From NCBI GenBank assembly GCA_028023455.1, contig JAQFVV010000003.1, forward strand, positions 26,350,001-26,414,000: DNA of 64,000 bases, read 5' to 3'. The first letter of the stretch is position 1, and every line of letters starts with the position of its first letter. This stretch comes from Epiperipatus broadwayi (Eukaryota; Animalia; Onychophora). The notes under the pieces are model-generated. The model saw only the letters and a program-made list of their open reading frames with translations, ran no database searches and had not been told where the DNA came from. Position numbers and translations under genes: made by a program. Below, piece by piece: positions 40,350-54,620 of this stretch.

Positions 40350-43300
40350 AAAAAATGTCATCAATTGGGCAAACTTGTATTGGTGAGTTTGATGTGGGTA
40401 ATGTGTCCACCAAATAGCTATTGTACTTAAACCAAGTCAAAAAAATTTTCACTCTAAACGGAATAGAGGACAATAAGTGAAAAGTGGCAGCACTCATGTT
40501 TTTCTGGTAAAAAAGTTACTGTAATAATTAATAAATTTTATGACCCTTCCATAACAGATAAAATATCATATGATGGATTAATAAAAAAGTTAATGAATAT
40601 TTTAGTCCTCATCAATTCTGTTATGTAGCTCGTTTACATTTAAGAAATACAAAACAGTTTAAGGGTGAAAGAATAGAAGAGTATAATTCAACTCTGAAGA
40701 AGCTAGTGAAAGATTACTGGTATGAGGTGTTTGTTGAGGAAATAATTATGAATCAATTACTCTAGGGCATGTCTGATGATAGGTTCAGACAACAGTTATT
40801 AACAGAGACTACTCTAATGTGTGAAATTGCTATAAAGTATAGCTTATTAGCTAATTTTAGAACAGGTTCATGCTTTAAATCTAAATCTGAAGAGAATATT
40901 AATATGTAAGTTTCTAAGATGTATAAAAAATGTATTAATCCATGAACATCTGAATACAAAAAGGAAGTAAAGTTACATACTTCTGTTTTGGCAAAATAGA
41001 TCATGGAGCAAAAGATTGCAACTGGAAGCAGGAAAAGTGTTTTGAATGCAGAAGTAAAGGGCATTTAGCACACATATGTAGAAATTTGGGAATAGGGGAG
41101 CAAGAAAAATTCGGATGCAGAAAAATAGGAGAGGTAAATCCTTTAATACTCACATTATTAAAAACATAGAAGTTAAGGGATTGCAGCATTCATGATGAAA
41201 TTGCAAATCTGTGGAAAAGAAATTACAACGGAGATAGATAGTCACTTAGGGATATCTATAAATGTTCAAGGTAGATTGTAGTGCTGTCAGCTGCTGACAC
41301 TAACATTAAATTAGAAAAAACATATTAAGGCACAAAAGTTGAGTGGAAATGTGCTGAAATTACTGGAGCAAATAAAAGTGCCAATTAGATACCACAAGAA
41401 AATTAAATTACCATTGTATATAGTAAAATATATTGTATATATATTAGCTCTATAATAGGAAAAGAATGGTTCCGCTGATCCAAGTTAGTATTGTTAAAAA
41501 AAATTTCTCTCGAACAAGATATTAAGATTTATTTAGGAAGAATTGGATATAATATCAAGGGGTTCAGTAGAGATTGAGTTAATTGATAATGCACATTCAG
41601 TTGTACATAACTGTGAAAAATCCCATTCTTGCAGAAAACCAAAGTTGAGAGAAAAGTTCAAGAATTGGTCAATAAGGGCATAGTGATGCCAGTAGAAATA
41701 TGAGATTGGGCCACACCTATAGTCATAATAAAAACTGCAATGGTCAGATTTGAATATGTGGGTGTATATAGTAACAGTAAGTAAGTATTTAAATAAGGGA
41801 GCATATCCAGTACCTAATGTGAGAGAGATATTGGCTAGTTTGCAAAATTCATCACATTTTGTGAAACGATCTTAATTCTGCTTTTCACCAAAAACCAGTG
41901 ATGGACAAGTCACCAGAAATATTAACTCTAACGACCCCTGTGAGATTATTCAAATGCAATCTGCTACCATTTAGTATTTCAATGGTGCTGAATATATTTC
42001 AAGCAAAAATTAATGCTTTATTATGGGATTAGAAGGCATAATATCTAAATTTGATGACAAACTTATAACAACATACTCAGAAGTTATGCTTCATTAAAGA
42101 TTTTAAGGTATGCGAAAAATTGCAGAGATTTGAAGTCAAATGCTTAAGAAAGCATGTGTAATATGAAAGAATTCAAATTCCTAGGGCATATAATCAGACA
42201 AGGATAAGTGACCATTGCCTGAGAAAGTAAAAGCCATAAGAAATATGGCTAAACCAAGAAATGTTAAAGAATTCCAGACATTTCAGGGTTTGATAAACTA
42301 TTTTAAACCTTTTCTACAGAATAAGGCTAAAGTTACAAACTGTATGAATTATTAAAGAAAAATCAAAAGTTACAATGGTTAAAAAATACATGAGAAAGCT
42401 TTTATATGAACTAAAACCCTGCTGTTCTCAAATTATTGGTTTATTTTGATATCTATAACTACAGACACCTCAGAATGGGATGTGGGGGCAGTTTATGTTT
42501 ACCATGTACAAGGGCAAATGATCTTTAGCCTATGCATCAAGAGCTCTTTCTAAAGCTCTGAGAAACTATAGCCAGATTGACAAAGAAGCCTTAAGATCTT
42601 TTCACAATGTAACTGATCACAAGCCATTATTGGCAATATTAGCAGATGATAAGCTAGGACCTGATCATTTGAATCCACATATGTTACTGTGGAAAAATAT
42701 ATTAGCATGATATAATTACCAGCTGTCATATCAGAAAGGAAAAGAGATTTCACATGCCGATGCTTTGTCTAAAAATCCAGACAGATGAACCACAGAGTAA
42801 CAAGATATAAATTAATTGTAAATGTTCTACTGTCAGTCATTTAAAACAGTGATACAGTTGCAAAATGGACAAGAGCTGATAAAGAGTACCATCTGCTGAT
42901 AGGCTGGAATAGAAATGGCTGGCCATCTAAGAACTCACAATAGCTTGTGGCTGCTTTTTGGACAAATTGTGACAAGTTATCAGTCAGTAAGAATTGTGTA
43001 TTTATGGATGATAGGGTTATAATACTAACAGAGGATAGAGATTAAGACTATTACATGAAGGCCATTCAGTAGTTGTGTATCTGGTGGCCAAAAAATAACT
43101 TTAAATATTAAGAAACACATTTAAAAATGCACAGCTTGTCAGTCTGAAATGAGTAAGAAATCTAAGGAGTATACACTGTGGCCTAAAGCAACTAAACCAT
43201 GGCAGAGACTTTTCATGGACCATGCAGATCCAATTAGTGGTAAAATACTTTTCATACTCATAGATGCATACTCTAAGTGGATTAAGTATTGCATTGTGTA

Positions 43301-43790
43301 AAATACAAGTGTGAGTGAAACCATACAAAGTTTAAATGCAATATTTTTATGGCCCTATGCTACATCAACTTCCATGCCATCAACAGTTACATATAAATCT
43401 CCAGCTGATGAGCAGGGAATTTCATATAAAACTAGCAATGTTACTTCCAAAAGTGGATGAACACTTATCATTATGATAGTGAAAACAACATATATGAAGT
43501 TTGGTTACATGCTCTGATCAAAAAGAAATAGATTGAAAGTAATCACTGGCAAACTATCTAAACAAATAGTAACCATTCAAATAGTTGACACAATATCTGA
43601 TGAAATTCAAGAGAATCAACAGACTCAGCCAGAATGTAGAAAGCTGAAGTTGTAACAGAAATGCAAAATGAGATGATCATGGAATCAACAAAAGAACATC
43701 GATCACCCAGACCCAAATGTAAAAGACAGAGTCCTAAAAATTAAGAGATCATGTGTAAAATGGATTTCTAGAGTAAGAGGAGGATTTTTG
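40350..43790 (+). mobile_element. Decayed Ty3/gypsy LTR retrotransposon (gag-pol; Mag/K02A2.6-like)
   Basis: gag MSSIGQ..IGEFD and zinc knuckle CFECRSKGHLAHIC; RT DWATPIV..., YPVP..REI; RNaseH AYASRALS..ERNYSQIDKEAL; integrase PWQRLFMD...IDAYSKW; purine tract agagtaagaggagg at ~43770. Confidence 0.9.
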
Positions 43791-44385
43791 ATATATATAT
43801 TAATAAATTATGAAATTAATTTACAGAGAGTAAATAAATAGAATCAGATTAATCAAATAAAACATATTGTGTATACTAATTATTATCTGAAGGAAAAAAT
43901 AAATAATTAGAAAATGGGGGAAAAGTTAAAATATTTAATTAAATTTTCAGAGGCAAGATTAAACTGATAATATATCCACCACCCAAATTTTCCCCAATGA
44001 GCTTAATTACTCCAGAAAAAAGAATTGAAAGTATATAAACTAGAAAAAAGCAACACATGCTCTTTGTCGTCTTTGAGGTAGCTGTGTTACCCGAATGAAG
44101 TAATGGAAGAAACCAGTGGCAGACATCTTATTCCCAGGATCTGTCTTACAAGCTGCTAGGCTTAAAGGACATTAATAATAATAAAGGTAAGTGTATTGCC
44201 ATTAGTATTAATAATAGTGAATAGACTTAATAAGTGAAGGGACATATATTCCTAATTAACTGTGAACAGGTTATATAAATTATAATAGCATTTTTATTTA
44301 TGTATCTGTATATTATACTTTTATATATTATATGTAAACTTATAAATAAATATTAGAAAATACAGAACAAAAAATTTAAACGTCA

Positions 44386-44430
44386 CTTAGGAGCGCTTTC
44401 AACTATCATTGTAGTTGTTGTCAACTAGTA
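44386..44430 (-). ncRNA. CpG-decayed minimal hammerhead
   Basis: Minus strand ctag-ttgacaa-c-aacta(caatga)tagtt-gaaa-gcgc-tc-ctaag; back-mutation gives CUGACGA / GACUA:UAGUC / GAAA-GCGC-UC. Confidence 0.5.
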
Positions 44431-44469
44431 CTTTGAAAGGTCAACTTGTCCATAATTCCGTGATCTTAA

Positions 44470-46690
44470 CATTTACTGCCTGCCTATTGATTAAATTTTG
44501 CTTGTATTTATGTATTAACATAGGTTCCTTGATTTTATTATTTTTATTATTTCTTTAAGTTTGCAATATTGAAATCTGAATCATTGTGGTCTTTGTATCC
44601 TCAAGAAAATAATACTCTGTACTAAATTTATTATCCTTACTCTGGGAATTAGTGAACTAAGATATAGCAGTATCATTTAACTTTGAATTAGCATTAATAT
44701 TTCATTATTTTAATAATTCCAGATAGTGAACTCTCAAATGATTTATGTGTCTTCTCACTCATCTACCATTTGTAGTTTGCACTTCTCTTAATTGTCTTAA
44801 AACAATGCTAGTTTTATTCCTAAAAACCATTTTCTTTTTAATATCATGAACCCAAATGGCATCACCAGCTTTATAGTTTTCGTAATCCAAGTCAATTTGT
44901 CTTGATGTTGTATTATTAGAGAATAGTTTTCTTTAACACCTATTTCAAATGCTGTACTACTTTCTTTGCTAGACTATTGGATTGTGAGTGATAAGGTGGT
45001 GTTAATATGTGATAAATTCTCCTAGTTGTTGAAAGTCTTTGAGAAAATCAGGCATGAACCTGTTCCATTATCTGAAACAATAATTCAGAGTTACTATGAT
45101 ACACAAAATTTCATTTAAAGCCTTCACAGTGTTTTCTACCTTTGAATCTTTAACTCTTATACTTTGTCCATTTTGAGTAAGCATCTAGCAGCATCAGGAA
45201 TATATTTCCATTAAATGGACCAGTGTGTTCTATATAGAGTCTTTTCCACAGCTTATTTGCTTTACTCCATGGATCTAACTTCTTTGAAGATATCATAGCA
45301 GTAGATGGACAATCCTTACAACACTTGACTTTCTGTACAATCTGGCTATTCAAGCTCTTTCCAAGACTCCTCTGCATGATTTTAATGCCTTTGTAAATCA
45401 TATATATTCTTTCTCTTTACCTGAATTCCTAGTGGCCAAAACCAACTTCTTTGTGAGCTTTTTTTTCATTATATATAATTCAGTAATTTTAATTTGCTGT
45501 TTAATTTGTACCATTATTTTACCTCATATATCAATCCCATTTACATCCATAGCCATAACATTGTTTTTTTATAGGGACTCACTTTCACACTTTCTTTATT
45601 AATTTTGTCCTACCCTTTAGTGAAATTATGGACAGCCCTACACTACTGTCAATTTCCAAATTGGGTTTTTGTCCAAGAATTTGTACATTTAAATAAATGT
45701 GATTATTATCTACAACTCTATATTGTTATTACTTCAATTTTACTCTTGATCCCTCCTCTTCATGATTTGAAATCTGCTCGTAACTCCTTGTTTCTATCTT
45801 TTGGCTGTCAAGAGAAAGTAAATGACCATTTTTCTCCACATATGTGGCATTTAATACTTTTACATCCACAGGCCTTCTTTAAATGTCCCTTCTCACTGCA
45901 AAAATAACCTCCAAAAGAGTTTGTAGAACTTCAACAGCTCATTGTCAGAATGTCCACCTTTATCTACTGTCATATTACGTTAGTGCATCTCTATTATTTT
46001 GAAATTCTGCACTGTCTTCCATTAATAATTGTAGTGTTATACATTTATTCACAGGGTGCTTATATGTCAAGGCTACTTCATCAAGAACTTGGTGTAACTT
46101 GTCAGTCATCCCCCTTAGCCATTACCAACGAGCATATCATTTCACCATGTTTTTCACTAAATCCTGCAGTGCTATATCAAAATACTAATACTTCTCTTTA
46201 GGTTCTTATTTCAGACATGACACTTATTTAGATGTTACCAATTTTAAGTATGTAACTTTTATTTTTAAGTTCAATATATGCTACTTCTGCAGGCTTTGGT
46301 TCATAAATCTTTTTGCTATTGCAGAACATCTTTGCCTGCCAGCCATGTCAGTGTTGCTACCCCTAGGTTGCATCTTTAAACTTATTAATGAGCATATATT
46401 TTTGTATGTGCTCCACATACAAACACCAATTTGCTGCATTGTTTACTTCAAATTTCTTATTAATGCACATATATTTTTGTATGTGTTCCACATATAAACA
46501 CCAATTTGCAGCATCATTTACTTCAAATTCCCTATTATTACCACTATTGGAATTTGTTTAATTTATGTACAAATGTCATAGTCCTTTCAATTACAATTTT
46601 GATATGCTATTTATCCATGGTAGCTTTTATCTGTAATCTTGGCAATTGTACCACTCTGCTGTATCTATCAGGGGATATGCGTACCAGCCA
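44470..46690 (-). mobile_element. Decayed Ty3/gypsy element, RT/RNaseH deleted
   Basis: Minus-strand gag (IGNFEV..ANWCLYVEHIQKY, tandemly duplicated), twin zinc knuckles, integrase WKRLYIEHTGPFNG..LLDAYSKW, SDNG, PPYHSQSN, GDAIWV, RRHINHLR. Confidence 0.85.
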
Positions 46691-46999
46691 ATTAGCAATT
46701 AAATAAATAAACAACAATATAAAATAAATAATAAACATGATTATTATATTCATAATATATATATAGGTAGGTAAACTAATTACAAATCTTTGAAACAGTC
46801 TCTAACATAAACATTTTTTGTAATGTATATATTACTTCTGTATACATGCTACTTGGGAATAAGAAATCTACATCTGATTTTCCAAGCTTTTGCAACACAC
46901 ATTCCATTAAAAATTAGAATTGATCCTACAACTTACTAATTTGATTTTTGCAGTGTTTTGAATTTGTCTGTTTTCTAGTACATATATATATAATTGTAG

Positions 47000-47098
47000 A
47001 AGGGCTTGGAATATAGTGGTTAGCTTATCTATCTGCCATATTTATGACTTGAGATTTGAATCCAGGCAGGGATTCATCTTGGATTTTTTTTTTTTTAA
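47000..47098 (+). mobile_element. Decayed tRNA-derived SINE
   Basis: A-box tagtggttagc, B-box-like gatttgaatcc, ends in a T-run. Confidence 0.45.
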
Positions 47099-47505
47099 GA
47101 TTTTAAATAAGATTGTGATATTTTTTTAAATGTATTTGGTTCATAATTAATTTTATTTAATCATGCATTTGATGAATAAATAAGTTTCTAATTTTTTATG
47201 TGAGAGTAAAACAAGGGAAAAAAAACTGCCAATTGCAAAAGCCGGTGAATAGTACCCCCTCCACTATTCCTCTTTGGGAGATTTTGGGAGAAACTTGTAG
47301 AATGTTTCACTATTTGTCTATACATAATATATCTTTCACTGCAAGGTAATCAATTCTAACTACAAAATAGTATATCACTTATTTGGTCTTCTGATTATTA
47401 TTTTTACTCATGTATGCATAATTTTTCTTTAATTTTATTAACTATATTACTTTTTTAATTCAATTGTAAATAATTTTCTTCTTTTCTGATCTAATTAAGA
47501 ATCTT

Positions 47506-47609
47506 TTTTTTTTTTCATGTATCATAGCATCGGCCGGGATGCGAACCCGCTAACTCGGGACAACTGCTTGTAAGGCAGTTGTTCTGAGCTCTCAACCACC
47601 AACGCTTAA
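47506..47609 (-). mobile_element. Young tRNA-Gly(TCC)-derived mini-SINE / retropseudogene with poly(A) and 15-bp TSD
   Basis: Minus strand GCGTTGGTGGT...CTGCCTTACAAGCAGTTG..CGGGTTCG..TCCCGGCC matches the eukaryotic tRNA-Gly-TCC pattern (recalled); A-tail; perfect TSD ctaattaagaatctt at 47491-47505 and 47610-47624. Confidence 0.85.
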
Positions 47610-50600
47610 CTAATTAAGAATCTTATATTACTTTTTACATAAAAATGGAACTATATTTTCAAGCTTAATTTTATATTTGCAAAATAGAGATATTACTTTT
47701 ATTTGATCCCAAGTTTTTTGCTATCATAGCTATTTCTTACAAAAAAAAGTTATATACAGTAGGAAAGATAAAAACCATGTAATAATTATATCATTAGATA
47801 ACCATAAAGTAATATAATGGGAAACCATGAGTTTGTCTTTAGGAGGAATATAATACTTCTGCCAAAGGTTTAGGAGACATGATGTTACATATATTGTTTA
47901 TTTTTTGTGCTAGCATATCATTGCTCAAATTCATCTGGTTAATTGAACTTTTATTCTGTATCTAATAATAAATAGTTAATCAATATTACATGTTATTTAT
48001 GATGAGAAGTTTCCGAGATTCATCTATTCCAGTCTCCAACTTCAGGCAATACCTTCTATTAACCATTATACCTTGAAATTTTTTAATAATAATTTTTGAT
48101 GCTTCTACTTAATGTTTATAAAATTATTAGTTTTATATTATGCTTTTTTCTCTTGTATTTATATAGGTATGCCAGGTACTTTTGCTAAAGGCAAAGCAGT
48201 AAAATAAATAGTACAATTGAGAAATAACATGTGATCATCATTGGTAAATATATATTAAACATGGTAGGACACAATTTTTAAAATGAAAAATGTTAAACCT
48301 TCTTTTCAAGGTTACTTTTTTCTATATATATACTAACTACCTTTATAAATGTGAATATTCAATGACTAGCAGATTGCAGGAAAAATAGATTTTTTGCCTA
48401 GTTCGAGATAATTGGAGTTCTTCTCCCCTCCTATGTATATGCATGTGTTAAATTGTCTGCCTGCAGATAATTTGCATAATTAGGCAAGAAACTATTTCAA
48501 GAGAGCAATAGCACTTTGTTATAAAATTGTAAAAATTTAAAATATACAATTTTGAGTTTTGCTTGTAAAAACATTTTTATTGTTGTTGTTTATTTTAGAA
48601 CTATTTTTTGCAAAACAAATAATCAAATAATGATGGAGTCAATGCCAAACAGACTTTCTAAACAGTTTCTAGTTATTGATCTTTTTCATGCCATCAAATT
48701 AGAGTAATTATATGGTACTTAATCAGGAGGTTATGCAATAACAAGTTAAGTGTGACAGTTTTATTCACTTAACAAACTGATATATTTTTTAAACTAATCC
48801 AAGAACCAGTCCAGGAACCTTTAACCTTTTGGTCTGACACTTTTATCTTTGCAAATACATAGTTTAATAATTGCCAAACATATTTCCAGGTTAAGTTCAG
48901 TTTTATAAGAAAGTCCAACAGCCATATAATTGGTATCAGTTATTAACTTTCTTAATGATCATTCTGGAGACAGGTAGAGAGAGTATTTCTTTTAATTGAC
49001 TTTGTTTCTGCATATTTAAAAAATTCCAATTTATTTATTGTTATATTGGCATTTTTAACATATTTATTTACCCTTTATAACTCTTTATTATGATCAAGAA
49101 TTATTATTTGGTCTCAGTACCCTATTGCCTACTTACTCCACCATTCTTCAGGTAGACACCTTAATATACATATATATTTTAATACTTATCTGTTTTATTC
49201 AATTTGCTTTTAGGAAGAGTTCTTACATAAATATTTTAACATCTGTTACCTACTTACTCCATCTTGCCTTTAGTAAGAGAACTTAACATACTGTAATGAT
49301 GAGTTACAACCTGATACACCATCCAATTATTTAAGACTGCCAATTTCAGCCACATAAACATATTTGCTTAATCAATAAATTGCCAAGCAATTTATCATAT
49401 TAACATTTTTCCTTTCCAACATATATATTTATATAAACATCTTTTTATTTTTAAAGAAATAATAAAAATCATTAAACAACTAGGGAAAACAGATAGGTAT
49501 ACTAACACTGGAATAAAATGTGTTATGTGTCACTAACGGGGAAGAACTATACCAAAAACTTGCACATAAACCTCAGGAAACAATGACTAAATTTAAATCT
49601 AATCACATAGCAACCAGCTGTAGAAACAAAATCTAAAATGTTCACAAATTATTGTTTTTAATCCCAATTATATATATTATGTCTGCTCAACAATGGAAAC
49701 TGACAAGGTTGATATATTTAAAAAAACTGCATGCGATCTGTAAAGTGTTGTTAATTGTTATATTGTCTTCTGCCTTTGAAGATAAAGCTTTTTTTTCTGC
49801 TTAGAAAGAAATTCGAATACAAAGATGGATATATATATGTTATATATATATATTGTTAAATAGAATTCAGAATGAGGCTGAACTTTTAAAGCAACCATAT
49901 GAATTGGAAGGAATAATTTAAAAGAGAAGATTCAATTATTTGCTAATTAAGCAACTTTAGTTGAATTCACGTAATTACAATAATATACAATAATTAACTG
50001 TTTTGTTATAGAGAAATATCGCCACTAAAGTCTTGAAAAGTAAATAAATCAATAGATATATAATATTATCTTTATACCATTGTTGTTTGCTAAACAGTTT
50101 ATACCATAGGGAATAGTCATCAATAAAGCCATGAAAGCTTAAAGATTTCACCTACCCATTTAGAAGAAACCTGAAGACCATCTTTTGCCTTGAATAAAAT
50201 ACCTAACCAAATCCAAGAGAGGGTAATTGGAGAAGATTACTGCTTTTTGATCCAGACAAGAAATTTCCATTCTTCATGTTAGTAGAAATTCATCTTCATT
50301 CATAGGAACTTATTTGGCAAATAAACAGTTTCCAGCAGACTCATCAAACTTTAATTAATATAATGGGATAAAAATTGTGATTTTTGTTTTATTATTTTGT
50401 AATTTTTGTCTATGGTAAATTTTCTGTGTATTTTCATTTTATACAATTGGATGCCAATGTGTTATAATTTTGGGGAAATTCATTATGAGAGTAAGGAGGG
50501 GGAAAATATTAGATTTAACTTTTTTTTTATCATCTTCATTTGTATAAAAATAAAAAATTACACTAATTTTGACCTCCTCATCCATTGACTTTTGACAACA

Positions 50601-50801
50601 TAAAGGGAAATGAGAGGTGAGATATTTTAATATTATCTCACATTAGGCAATACACTAGATAATGATAGAGTTTATATTAATTTATTTATTATTAATTAAG
50701 CTTACTTTTATATTGCTTTGTATAGATGATTTATAACCATTGATCTATCTGGACAACAAAGATTTTTTTATGTTTGTATATATATTTTTAAAATAAATTA
50801 A

Positions 50802-51137
50802 GATATTGCTGAACCTCACTGCACTCGTTAAAATATGTATAGGACAGCCAATCAGAATGTCATGATAGCCATCTAAACGACAATCAAACCTAAACACACA
50901 ACAAAGATTTTATGAGAAAAGGGCAACTCCTTATCTCAACTTTTCTTTCTATATATCTGTGTGTTTAGGTCAAATCTAAATACTTATGACTGGTTTAGAT
51001 ATATAGAAAGAAAAGTTGAGATAAGGGGCTGCCCTTTTTGTGTGTTTAGGTTTAATTGTCGTTTAGATGGCTATCATGACATTCTGATTGGCTGTTGTAT
51101 ACGTATTTTAACGAGTGCAGTGAGGTTCAGCAGTATC
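50802..51137. mobile_element. ~336-bp foldback MITE, possibly Kolobok-like
   Basis: Near-perfect ~140-bp inverted arms (16-bp insertion in the left arm) around a ~38-bp spacer; flanked by ttaa / tcaa; termini GA...TC. Confidence 0.8.
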
Positions 51138-54100
51138 TCAATTTTTTCAATTTTCAACTATCTGCCCTTTGCAAATTAAAATATTATTTATATATATATT
51201 TTAAATTATCCAGATAGAATCGCGATCACATATATATAATAATGTTACATATTCATTGTTGTAAATAATTGGTCAAGTGCATGAACTTCTACCATTGGAT
51301 TGAGGGTAAGGACTATTTTATTAATATCATTATTAGATATCAATATGGTAGAAATTCATCCTTGACAAAACAAATTACACGTGTCAGATTGAATTATTAT
51401 CCGTATTTTATTTTTTTGTTAATCAATAAATGTTAATATAATTTGTTATTTTAATCTGGTCTCTAGCTCATCATTATTTCCATATCCACCATCAGCTTTA
51501 TAGCTTTTCATTATTCACATACCCATTATAAAAATTATAATCTTAATTATTTTAATACATATCAATATTATTATTATTATTATTATAGAGGAAATACATA
51601 TACATATTTAGGTCAATTATTATAACTTTAATACATATATACTTATACTGCACATGCATATTTTTTTATATATATCTTATGGTATTTGATTATGCTTATA
51701 GGATTTTTGGTAATTAATTATCACCTATATAGAGGTGCAATAACTACTATTAGTGTGATCTTCTTCCCTGATAAGAGAGTCCAAGCAATTACTCCCTTTC
51801 GAATACTGTGATATAACGTGGCTAGAAAGAGGTGAGAATTGGATGAATTGACCCAAATTGTATCTAGGTTAATAAAAAATAGGTAGAGCTAGTCTATTGG
51901 AAGTAGATACAATCATAGGTTATGTATTTCATCGCATAATCACTTGCATCCTTTCCGAAGACCCAAAGTCTGACCATAGTAAGATGTGCTCCCCCTATCT
52001 CCTGTGGAATCCACCAGCCTGTTACAATACATATGTATGTATCTTACTACTTTGTTGCCTACTTGCTTAACTTGCCTTCAGAAAGAGAATTTATTATATA
52101 TATATATGTATCTTAGCACTGTATTGTCTACTTACTCAACATGACTTCCATGAGAAAATTTAAGGTACTTAGATATTATAGTACTTTATTGCCTACTTGT
52201 GTCTTTAGGAAGATAACATATATTTATGTTATTATTTATGATAATTTATAATAATCTAAATATATCACACAGTCAGATGTATTCATAATGCACATACTTA
52301 TTAAAATTTTACAGAATGATATAAAAAATTAAATGCTCATTAATTGACTAATTTGGGTTCAAGTTGTAAATTATAGTCAAATACATTTTAAGAATAAAAT
52401 AAAATATTACTGTTTTACTTATGTGTTGCCAAATATATATTAATTTAAAATTTACTTTTTATCACAGATTTCAGCACTTTATAAGATTATGATCATTGGA
52501 TTTGAATAAACTTAAAGGTGGAAAAAAAAAAACATTTACCCTATGATGAAGTAGATCATAATAAAAGTAATTATCAGAAGCTTTTTAATGGTTGAAAGAC
52601 ATGCACAATTTCTAGATGACACAGAACTTAGAAAAATAAATTTTAATAATATATTACACAATAAAAATTTGCTCGTCATGTTCGTAATTATTATTATTGA
52701 ATGATTTGTTGCTTATATTTGAGCACTAAAGTGACATATTGAGCTTTGATCCAGAAATACTTTACTTTTAAGTTTGTTATTACAATTGTGTGTATTTAAT
52801 GTAATGGTAGAGCAATGAATTTGAATGCTAAATGTTGGTATTCAAAGTTTAATTCAAAACACTTTTGGTATTCCAGTATCTTGTGATCTTTCAAACAAGA
52901 AAACATTCAGTTATTATATTTATAATAATATGTTATATATAAATAGAGTGTAAAAAATTTCTCTACATAAAATTACCTGAACTATGATCTGATCTTATGT
53001 AAGAAAGCAAAAGAATTATTTAGCACACTATGTCTCTACTTTAATCTTGCCTTTAAAAAAAAAAAATCAGGATGAGAAGTAGTACATTGAAATGTAGTCA
53101 ATATGTTCAAACAAATTATCTTTTAAATAAAAATAACACTAAATGTGTTTGTTTACATTTATATAGATTTTTTTTTTTTTAAGATGTGTATTATGTGAGC
53201 ATGTAACGTTTATTTATACCAACCTTTCTATTTTGTTTATATTTCTGGGAGTATTTTAGTAATGAGAGTTCATTGTTCCATGAAGTTATTTCATTCATGT
53301 AAAGAATAATTTTATTACCGAAATGGATTTAATTTGCATGTATTTTAAAAATATAAAATAATAAGTGGAGGATCATCTTATGCAATAGCTCCAGATGTAA
53401 ACATTGTGGGTGGAAGCATCTCCACCAATCATTTCTACACGTTTCAAATAGTGCAAATTTTACAAAGTTCAAGTCATCTTTTATTTAAATAATTATTTGT
53501 TTTAATTAATAACAGAATAGAAATAAACTTCTAATAATAATAATTGTCACTGTTATTAGCTAATATGTCTATAAATTGATCCATAACAGAAAAATTATTG
53601 CTAGGGGATTTTTTTTCTTACCCGGAAGAGTTTATTTATTTATATACAAACATACACGCTTCATTGTATATGCACAAGTATATGAACATAATAGCAATAT
53701 AACTACTATTAAGTGATAATACTTGATCATCATCAGTGGTAATTATTTTAACTTCACAATTGTATCACAATCTTTAATGAACCCTTTTTATTATTATGAC
53801 ACATAATACAAATATATACACTGTATAATGAGCAAAAAAATAAAAATAAAACGTAGTTTGTCAAATTGCATACTTTCTAACCACAGAAAATTAATGATTA
53901 GATTGTATATTTTAATTTCCTATGTATTTAAATTTATAGTTGTGCACTATACATAAACATTTGCATTATGAGCAGTAATTCATTCTATTTACTGTAGAGC
54001 TATTGTAAACTTAAAAGTATGTCCCAATATTTCATCACATGACAAATGATTGCACAATATTTTGTCATGTTCATTATATCACATATTTCATTATTTCATC

Positions 54101-54389
54101 ACAATTCAAAATTATTATGCAATACTTTAATATAAAAAAAAATTTATTAAGAATTTTTATAATGAAGAGAGATTATCTTTTTTGATTATCTATTAAAAAT
54201 TGGGATTTGGGATAAAAAGTTAGTGAAGGGAAGGGGAGGGTAAATTTTTTTATTAAATATAGAGCACATTAAGTTTTAATTTTTGTACATAATGTATACA
54301 TATTTTCTCGAAAAATTAAATAATTGTATAAAAATCTTATTAATTATAAAACATTATTTATTCATAAGATTCTTATCATTGTGAAAATT

Positions 54390-54620
54390 ATATTTATTTC
54401 TGCTTTTTGCAAAATTTAGAAGTTTTATACCATCTAGTATATTCAAAAAATTTTGTAAATCGGGGAATGTTAATTTGTAATTTTCTTTGACCATTAGTTC
54501 TGCTTCCAAATTGTTTTAATGATAAATTACTTGTTTCTTTGTGCCAAACTGTTTTCATCAAGCAGAAAATTCTCTCAGATGCAGTGTTAATTATGTGGAA
54601 GCAATAAAATATAGCCACCT
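54390..54620 (-). mobile_element. hAT-type transposase C-terminal (dimerisation) remnant
   Basis: ORF NTASERIFCLMKTVWHKETSNL resembles the hAT motif NA.VERVFS.M...W...RN.L. Confidence 0.5.

Noticed and set aside
47526-47606. Functional tRNA-Val(TAC) gene
   Set aside because: Gly-type body, disrupted D-loop/A-box, extra insert, poly(A) tail and TSD indicate a retroposed derivative
51765-51810. ctgataagagagt...actc...cgaatac as a decayed HHR
   Set aside because: Core, stem II and GAAA all need several corrections; not supportable
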